This document shows positions 53,423 to 59,667 of a DNA stretch of 59,667 nucleotides, piece after piece (positions within the stretch are counted from its first letter, which is position 1; every line of letters begins with the position of its first letter). The stretch is from Lysobacterales bacterium (GTDB lineage: Bacteria > Pseudomonadota > Gammaproteobacteria > Xanthomonadales > SZUA-36). The position numbers were made by a program, and so were the translations under genes. The notes below the pieces were generated by a model. It made no database searches. It was not told the DNA's origin and saw only the letters and a program-made list of their open reading frames with translations. The stretch lies in contig JAZFUZ010000221.1 of assembly GCA_036447475.1 (NCBI GenBank), positions 1 through 59,667 on the forward strand, written 5' to 3'.

Positions 53423-55954
53423 CGACTCATCCTCGGACTCAATCCGGGCCAGTCCGACGAGCTTTTCGTCCTTGCGGAGACGGATCAGTGTAACGCCCTG
53501 GGTGTTGCGCCCCAGCGTAGAGATTTCACCCGCATTGGTGCGGACCAGCGTTCCCCCGTCTGAAATGAGCATGATGTCATCATCACTGGTCACCTGAATG
53601 GCGGAAATCAGAGCACCATTGCGAGCAGAAGTCTGGATGCCGATCATGCCCTGCCCACCGCGCCCCTGGCGTGAATAGTCATCCACAAGGGTCCGTTTTC
53701 CATAGCCATTGGCAGTCACAGTCAGGATGTCGCCTTTGTCGATTACCAGCATGGAAACCACCCGCTGTTTATCCTTCAGGCGAATACCGATTACACCACG
53801 TGCAACGCGGCCCATCGAGCGGACATCGCTTTCGGCGAAACGGATACACTTGCCGGAGCTGGAAAACAACATGATGTCCTGTTCGCCATCGGTCAGGTAA
53901 GCGTTGACCAGTTCGTCATCCTCATGCAGATCAATCGCCCATATGCCATTTGCCCTCGGACGCGAATATTCGGCAAGAGGTGTCTTTTTCACGATTCCCT
54001 TGCGTGTGGCGAAGAATACATAAAGATTATTCGGGAATTCGCGCACCGGCAGAACTGCGTTGACCCTTTCGTTTTTTTCCAGCGGCAACAGATTGACGAT
54101 GGGTCTGCCCCGGCTGATGTGGCTGGCCTGCGGTAGCTGGTAGACCTTCAGCCAGTGAATTTTTCCACGGCTGGTAAAACACAGCAGCGTATCGTGCGTA
54201 TTGGCGATAAACAGCTGGTCTATGAAATCTTTTTCCTTAACCTTGGTGGCAGATTTGCCTGTCCCGCCACGACGCTGGGCCTGGTAGCGGTCCAGCGACT
54301 GTGACTTGGCATAACCTTCATGGGATAACGTGACGACCACGTCTTCCTCGGTGATCAAGTCCTCCAGGCTCAGATCAAGACGGTCCTGCAGAATCTCGGT
54401 GCGTCGCTCATCACCGTACTGTTCCCGGATCGCATTCAGTTCCTCGTGGATCACTTCCATCAGCCGGCTGGGATTGGACAGGATCAATAACAGTTTCTTG
54501 ATCCGCTCCAGGATTTCTTCGTATTCCCTGGTCAGCTTTTCTTGCTCCAGCCCGGTCAGGCGGTGCAGTCGCATATTCAGTATTTCCTGGGCCTGCACAG
54601 TTGAAAGCTGATAAGTATTGTCCTGCAAGCCGAATTTGGCATCCAGCTCTTCCGGACGCGATATCTCCGCCCCACCCTGTCCCAACATCGCCTTGACCAG
54701 GCCCGGCTCCCAGCACCGCGCCTGCAGACGTTTCCTGGCTTCAGCCGGTGTTGATGAAGTCTTGATCAATTCGATCACTTGATCCAGGTTGGCCAGCGCA
54801 ACAGTCAGGCCTTCCAGCACATGGGCACGATCCCGCGCCTTGCGCAGATCAAACAAGGTACGGCGAGTGACCACTTCGCGGCGGTGGCCAACAAATGCAC
54901 TCAGTATTTGCAGCACGTTCAGTAACTTCGGCTGACCGTCGACCAACGCCACCATGTTGATGCCAAACACACTCTGCATTGCAGTCTGCTTGAATAGGTT
55001 GTTCAGCACTACTTCGGGAACTTCACCGCGGCGTAACTCAAAAACAACCCGCATTCCATCCTTGTCGGATTCATCACGCAGTTCGGTAATGCCCTCGAGT
55101 TTCTTTTCCCTGACCAGTTCGGCTACTTTTTCCAGCAAGCGGGCCTTATTCACCTGGTAGGGCAACTCGGTGACGATAATGGACTGTTTGCCGTTTGCCT
55201 CGTTGGTCTCGATGTGGGAGCGGGCCCGCACGTAAATCCGCCCGCGACCGGTGTTATAAGCCTCCCGGATACCCAGGGCACCGTTGATTACCCCCGCTGT
55301 GGGGAAATCCGGCCCCGGCAGATACTCCATGATGTCGTCCACATCCAGCGAGGGATCGTCAATCAGCGCAATGGTTGCGTCAATCACCTCGCAGAGGTTG
55401 TGCGGCGGAATATTGGTCGCCATACCCACGGCAATGCCGGACGAGCCATTGACCAGCAGGTTGGGAACGCGGGTCGGCATGACCTTCGGCTCCCATTCCG
55501 ACTCGTCATAGTTCGGATTGAAATCAACCGTTTCTTTTTCGAGGTCGGACAATAGTTCATGGGCAAGCCGTGACATGCGAACCTCTGTGTACCGCATGGC
55601 GGCAGCTGAATCACCGTCAACCGAACCAAAATTACCCTGGCCGTCCACCAGCATGTAACGCATTGAGAATGGTTGTGCCATGCGCACGATGGTGTCATAA
55701 ACCGCTGTATCACCGTGCGGATGATATTTACCGATCACGTCACCGACCACGCGAGCAGATTTCTTGTAAGGTTTGTTCCAGTCATTACCCAGTACCTTCA
55801 TCGCATAAAGCACGCGGCGATGCACCGGTTTCAGGCCATCTCGGACGTCCGGCAGCGCACGTCCAACGATGACACTCATGGCATAGTCCAGGTAGGACTT
55901 GCGCATCTCGTCTTCGAGGTTTACCTGCAGCACTTCCTTGGCGAGTTCAGCCAT
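53414..55954 (-). CDS. gyrA: DNA gyrase subunit A
   Basis: 846 aa with '[27 protein letters not shown]', '[17 protein letters not shown]' (QRDR) and '[10 protein letters not shown]' (active-site Tyr). It has C-terminal beta-pinwheel repeats and an acidic tail. Confidence 0.97.
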   Translation of the reverse strand: MAELAKEVLQVNLEDEMRKSYLDYAMSVIVGRALPDVRDGLKPVHRRVLYAMKVLGNDWNKPYKKSARVVGDVIGKYHPHGDTAVYDTIVRMAQPFSMRYMLVDGQGNFGSVDGDSAAAMRYTEVRMSRLAHELLSDLEKETVDFNPNYDESEWEPKVMPTRVPNLLVNGSSGIAVGMATNIPPHNLCEVIDATIALIDDPSLDVDDIMEYLPGPDFPTAGVINGALGIREAYNTGRGRIYVRARSHIETNEANGKQSIIVTELPYQVNKARLLEKVAELVREKKLEGITELRDESDKDGMRVVFELRRGEVPEVVLNNLFKQTAMQSVFGINMVALVDGQPKLLNVLQILSAFVGHRREVVTRRTLFDLRKARDRAHVLEGLTVALANLDQVIELIKTSSTPAEARKRLQARCWEPGLVKAMLGQGGAEISRPEELDAKFGLQDNTYQLSTVQAQEILNMRLHRLTGLEQEKLTREYEEILERIKKLLLILSNPSRLMEVIHEELNAIREQYGDERRTEILQDRLDLSLEDLITEEDVVVTLSHEGYAKSQSLDRYQAQRRGGTGKSATKVKEKDFIDQLFIANTHDTLLCFTSRGKIHWLKVYQLPQASHISRGRPIVNLLPLEKNERVNAVLPVREFPNNLYVFFATRKGIVKKTPLAEYSRPRANGIWAIDLHEDDELVNAYLTDGEQDIMLFSSSGKCIRFAESDVRSMGRVARGVIGIRLKDKQRVVSMLVIDKGDILTVTANGYGKRTLVDDYSRQGRGGQGMIGIQTSARNGALISAIQVTSDDDIMLISDGGTLVRTNAGEISTLGRNTQGVTLIRLRKDEKLVGLARIESEDESSE

Positions 55955-56063
55955 ATTAGAAATATTCTCCAGAATATCAGGAAAGCTATTGTTTTTTCAA
56001 TCTATTATTGTGTTTTATTTTCGATGAAAATCAAGCTAAATTGGGTGTCTTGGCAAGCGCCAA

Positions 56064-56072
56064 ATTATACCA
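56064..56072 (-). promoter_or_regulatory. Possible extended -10 promoter element (TGGTATAAT) for gyrA
   Basis: The minus strand reads TGGTATAAT about 110 nt upstream of the gyrA ATG. There is no good -35, which is tolerated with extended -10 elements. Confidence 0.3.
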
Positions 56073-56220
56073 TAAAACCACCTGAAAGGAGCCCGACGCG
56101 GCCTGATTTTAAGGGGCCTTTGGCGCAGCAACACGCGGGTTTTCAGGACAAAGCTAGCCCAAACAACAAAGCACAAGTATCATTTCAGGCTTAAGACCCT
56201 AATCAAAGGAAGAATTGACC

Positions 56221-56805
56221 ATGAAGAAGTATTTACAGTTACTGGTATTTGCCCTGTTGGCAATGTCCCTGTTGGTACAGAACCTGTCCGCTGCGGACCA
56301 TCCCACAGCCCTCATTCACACCAGCATGGGGGACATCAAGCTGGAGCTATATGCTGCAAAAGCGCCGGTCTCGGTAGAGAATTTCATCAACTATGCAAAC
56401 AGCGGCTTTTACGATGGAACCATCTTTCACCGGGTCATCAGCCACTTCATGATCCAGGGGGGTGGATTTACACCGGACATGGAGAAGAAATCCACCGGTG
56501 AACCCATCGTCAACGAGGCCGGTAATGGCTTATCCAATTTACGGGGTACGGTCGCGATGGCCCGCACCAACGACCCCCATTCGGCAACCGCCCAGTTCTT
56601 TATCAACACCCAGGATAACGTTAATCTGGACTACACTGGCGGGACCCATTCGCGTACCTGGGGCTACGCTGTCTTTGCCAGGGTCACTGAAGGCATGAAC
56701 GTCGTGGAAGATATCCGTTTTGTGGAAACCACCTCCACACCACCGTTCAGTGATGTACCCAAGGTACCGGTCGTGATAGAAAGCATAGAGATCATCAACG
56801 AGTAA
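56221..56805 (+). CDS. ppiA: Periplasmic peptidyl-prolyl cis-trans isomerase (cyclophilin type)
   Basis: Signal peptide 'LLVFALLAMSLLVQNLSA' and the cyclophilin core 'FHRVISHFMIQGGGF' and 'GTVAMARTNDPHSATAQFFIN'. Confidence 0.85.
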   Translation: MKKYLQLLVFALLAMSLLVQNLSAADHPTALIHTSMGDIKLELYAAKAPVSVENFINYANSGFYDGTIFHRVISHFMIQGGGFTPDMEKKSTGEPIVNEAGNGLSNLRGTVAMARTNDPHSATAQFFINTQDNVNLDYTGGTHSRTWGYAVFARVTEGMNVVEDIRFVETTSTPPFSDVPKVPVVIESIEIINE

Positions 56806-56806
56806 G

Positions 56807-57532
56807 ATGGCGACGCTGTTTATTTCTGACCTTCACCTTGAGGATTGCCATACCGCGGCTACCGGGTGGCTGTTGGATTTCCTGTCCGGTCCGGCCCGGA
56901 CAGCGGATGCAGTGTACATACTGGGGGACCTGTTCGAGTACTGGATCGGAGATGACGTACTTTCCGTCACGGCAGGCCAGGTGGCACAGGCCACCTCCGC
57001 CCTGAATGCAGCAGGCGTGCCCTGCTATTTCATGCACGGAAACCGCGATTTTCTGCTGGGCGAAGCCTACGCCACCCAGGCGGGTCTGGAGCTGTTACCG
57101 GATGCGCTGCTGGTTGACCTGTACGGCACCCCCACCCTGCTGCTGCATGGGGACACCCTGTGTACCGATGACACGGAATATCAGCTCTTTCGGCAGCAAT
57201 CGCGAAACCCGCAATGGCAGGCTCGCATGCTGGCACGGTCAGCGGAAGATAGGCTGCGCCTGGCCCGCAACGCACGCGACGCCAGCATCGCACATACCGG
57301 TTCGATATCGATGGACATCATGGATGTCAACGAAACAGCCGTCCTCGATGCCTTCCATGAATACCAAGCAGAACGAATGATTCATGGCCACACACACCGT
57401 CCTGCCGTCCACAAACACGCTCTGGAAAATGGCAGTGAAGCGGAAAGAATTGTGCTTTCCGATTGGTGTACGGCAGGCATTTATCTTCGTGTCGACGCAG
57501 ATAAGGTGGAATCCATCAGGATTCCGGGCTAA
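56807..57532 (+). CDS. lpxH: UDP-2,3-diacylglucosamine diphosphatase
   Basis: 241 aa with the calcineurin-like motifs 'LFISDLHL', 'YILGDLFEYWIGDD', 'GNRDFL' and 'HGHTHRP'. It lies next to the PPIase gene, as in enterobacteria. Confidence 0.9.
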   Translation: MATLFISDLHLEDCHTAATGWLLDFLSGPARTADAVYILGDLFEYWIGDDVLSVTAGQVAQATSALNAAGVPCYFMHGNRDFLLGEAYATQAGLELLPDALLVDLYGTPTLLLHGDTLCTDDTEYQLFRQQSRNPQWQARMLARSAEDRLRLARNARDASIAHTGSISMDIMDVNETAVLDAFHEYQAERMIHGHTHRPAVHKHALENGSEAERIVLSDWCTAGIYLRVDADKVESIRIPG

Positions 57533-57619
57533 TTTCTTACCCAGTCCCGCAATTTCCGAACCTACGACGACTGCCGGATTCATTGCACCTAAAAAGAGAG
57601 CTTCGTTCGATTTAACGGA

Positions 57620-58207
57620 TCAGCTGGAAGGCCCTTCGGAGTCAGGAACTACAAATTCTCCGAGCGATCCCGGATTATATTTCTTCTGATAGGACGACGC
57701 AGGATTCCGCTGAATTCTGATTCCAAGAACACCCGCCTTCTGTGCCTCAGACATGTCGGAATCTGAATCACCAAAAAATGCAAGGTAACCGCCGCTTCCC
57801 AGAATCTTGGCCTTTTCCTTGGTAAAGTGGTATTCGCTGAAGGAATCACCCCAGTGCGACTCAAAGGGTCCTGTGGAAATACCTTCACGTGCAGTGATCA
57901 AGACCACCTTTATTCCAAGCAGTTTGGAAATGTTAATCAAGGTCCAGGTAAGCGGTTTTCGAATGTCACGTCCCGGGTCAGAATTTACCTCGGCCCAGAA
58001 AAGCGCATTGTCCGGATGCTTTGAACCGATGGCTTTCATGGTGTATTTTTCGCTGGCTGCCATAAAAGACGGAGTTGAGAAACAGACGGTGTCGTCGTAA
58101 TCAAAACCTACTTTGCTGCCCCTTAGAGTATTTGCCACAAATACAATGAGCCAAAGAGAAAGCAGCGCGGCCACGCAGATACCCAGTACTTTCTTGATTT
58201 TCCGCAT
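57620..58207 (-). CDS. HAD-superfamily class B acid phosphatase-like protein (AphA-like), secreted or anchored
   Basis: 195 aa with an N-terminal hydrophobic segment and the HAD motifs 'GFDYDDTV' (DxDxT) and 'FFGDSDSDM'. Confidence 0.7.
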   Translation of the reverse strand: MRKIKKVLGICVAALLSLWLIVFVANTLRGSKVGFDYDDTVCFSTPSFMAASEKYTMKAIGSKHPDNALFWAEVNSDPGRDIRKPLTWTLINISKLLGIKVVLITAREGISTGPFESHWGDSFSEYHFTKEKAKILGSGGYLAFFGDSDSDMSEAQKAGVLGIRIQRNPASSYQKKYNPGSLGEFVVPDSEGPSS

Positions 58208-58249
58208 AGCCGGTCAATTTAGAGGGTTGGCTTGGAATTGACAATAGAG

Positions 58250-59092
58250 TCAGTTCAGACAGGCTGCTAAGGCATCCATCTCAGCCTTGGTAAAGCCGGC
58301 TTCCATACGCGCGGCCAGATTAAATGGGCCCCGTATCGAGCCTGAAAAATGGCTGCGAAGCAGTTCCATGAAAGTCTCAGCAGGCGGCTTATTTTCCTGC
58401 TTGCAGCAGTAATTGAACCAATGAGTGCCGATCGCCACGTGCCGGATTTCTTCGGCGAGGATCACTTCCAGGGCCGCAATGGTTTCAGTGTCGCCCACCG
58501 CCCGCAGTCGCTCGATCATTCCCGGCGTCACATCCAACCCGCGAGCTTCCAGTACACGAGGCACCAGCGCCATCCTGACCAAGCAGCTGTCTGCGGTTTT
58601 TTCAGCCATCTCCCACAAACCATTATGAGCCGGGTAGTCACCGTACTGCCGGTTTAGTTGGCCCAACCGTTTGTGCAACAACTGAAAATGACGCGCCTCG
58701 TCTTCGGCTACAGATATCCAGTCCAGATAATACTGTCGGGGCATGTTCCGAAAACGGCAGACTGCATCAAGCGCCAGGTTGATCGCATTGAATTCGATGT
58801 GGGCGATGGCATGCACCAGCGCAGCCCGGCCTTCATCGCTGCCCAGGCGACGGCGAGGCACGGCCGTAGGAGCCACCAGTTCCGGCCGCGCTGGCCGGCC
58901 GGGTCCGGTGATTGATTGATGCGGATGGTCCAGATCCCACTGAAATGAGCCTTCTTTCACTTTGCCGGCCAGGGCAGACACGGCGGCACACTTTTCCTGT
59001 GGATCCGCAAGGGATAGGCAGTGTGCACTAACCTCAAACAGGCCCGGCTTCATCTCACGCTTCAAAGCCGGGTTTATTGCCTGTCTCGGCAC
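58250..59092 (-). CDS. Ferritin-like DUF455-family protein
   Basis: 280 aa. 'LVHAIAHIEFNAINLALDA' and 'EDEARHFQLL' are di-iron ExxH-type motifs characteristic of DUF455. Confidence 0.7.
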   Translation of the reverse strand: MPRQAINPALKREMKPGLFEVSAHCLSLADPQEKCAAVSALAGKVKEGSFQWDLDHPHQSITGPGRPARPELVAPTAVPRRRLGSDEGRAALVHAIAHIEFNAINLALDAVCRFRNMPRQYYLDWISVAEDEARHFQLLHKRLGQLNRQYGDYPAHNGLWEMAEKTADSCLVRMALVPRVLEARGLDVTPGMIERLRAVGDTETIAALEVILAEEIRHVAIGTHWFNYCCKQENKPPAETFMELLRSHFSGSIRGPFNLAARMEAGFTKAEMDALAACLN

Positions 59093-59105
59093 GTGCCACC
59101 CCTGT

Positions 59106-59667
59106 TCAGAGGCGCCCGATCAATGCATCGGCAAAACCGGAAGTTGAAACTTCGGTGGCGCCTTCCATCTGACGGGCGAAATCATAAGTGACAATTCCCG
59201 CGCCGATTGTTTTCTTGAATGCGGCGGTAATCTGCGTGGATACTTCACCCCAACCGATGTAATCAAACATCATCGCACCCGAAAACATTAATGAACTTGG
59301 GTTCACTTTGTCCTGGTTGGCATACTTCGGAGCGGTGCCGTGGGTGGCTTCAAAAACGGCTATGTGGTCCGCCATATTGGCGCCCGGGGCGATACCCATG
59401 CCACCCACTTGTGCCGCCAGGGCATCTGAAAGGTAGTCGCCATTAAGGTTCATCGTCGCCAGAACATCGAACTCCGCAGGACGCAACTGCATCAACTGGA
59501 AAGTGATGTCCGCGATGCGGTCCTTAATCAGGACCTTGCCTTCAGGCATCTGACCCTCATACTTTGACCAAAGGTCATCTTCCGTGATCATCACATCCCC
59601 GAATTCTTCGCGGGCCAATTCGTAACCCCAGTTGCGGAATGCGCCTTCGGTGAACTTCATGATGTTG
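59106..59667 (-). CDS. icd: NADP-dependent isocitrate dehydrogenase, C-terminal part (5' end outside the window)
   Basis: '[23 protein letters not shown]', '[25 protein letters not shown]' and '[19 protein letters not shown]' match E. coli Icd almost residue for residue. The ORF runs off the window end. Confidence 0.9.
   Translation of the reverse strand, partial: NIMKFTEGAFRNWGYELAREEFGDVMITEDDLWSKYEGQMPEGKVLIKDRIADITFQLMQLRPAEFDVLATMNLNGDYLSDALAAQVGGMGIAPGANMADHIAVFEATHGTAPKYANQDKVNPSSLMFSGAMMFDYIGWGEVSTQITAAFKKTIGAGIVTYDFARQMEGATEVSTSGFADALIGRL

Overview
A 59.7-kb chromosomal segment whose gene content fits a marine or aquatic gammaproteobacterium; that placement is inferred from gene content and synteny only. 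Housekeeping anchors are fumC, purB, gyrA, a periplasmic cyclophilin followed by lpxH, and a partial icd. Between them sit accessory blocks: (1) an orphan sensor kinase and a low-GC vapBC-type toxin-antitoxin pair. (2) A complete Na+-pumping glutaconyl-CoA decarboxylase operon (gcdA, small OadG-like gene, gcdB, gcdC) followed by an acyl-CoA dehydrogenase. (3) A Tat small subunit plus a GMC flavoprotein. (4) A 13.7-kb block (15.0-28.7 kb) rich in exported redox and maturation proteins: SCO1, a DsbD/CcdA-like fusion, two beta-propellers, a Tat flavoprotein with a pentaheme cytochrome c, and a 2-oxoacid-dehydrogenase E1ab/E2 operon coupled to a cytochrome c-propeller fusion. This block is bracketed by collapsed remnants of lpd and hemB. 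(5) Secreted CocE/NonD and Tat-amidohydrolase genes. (6) A GntR regulator, a split UxaA/SuyAB-like lyase and a TRAP transporter locus. (7) A LacI-family regulator flanked by two copies of a TGCAAACGTTTGCA operator, in front of an M24 hydrolase gene and in front of divergent tauE-lacI and dehydrogenase-iorAB-CMD operons. (8) An AttEFGH-like ABC module, an aldehyde dehydrogenase, acuI and a peroxiredoxin. A previously unannotated family of REP/MITE-like inverted-repeat elements with GGGGTCAG(A)G termini recurs in intergenic regions. I saw no rRNA, tRNA, CRISPR array, transposase or integrase. All functional calls rest on motifs read by eye and remembered family knowledge; no searches were run.
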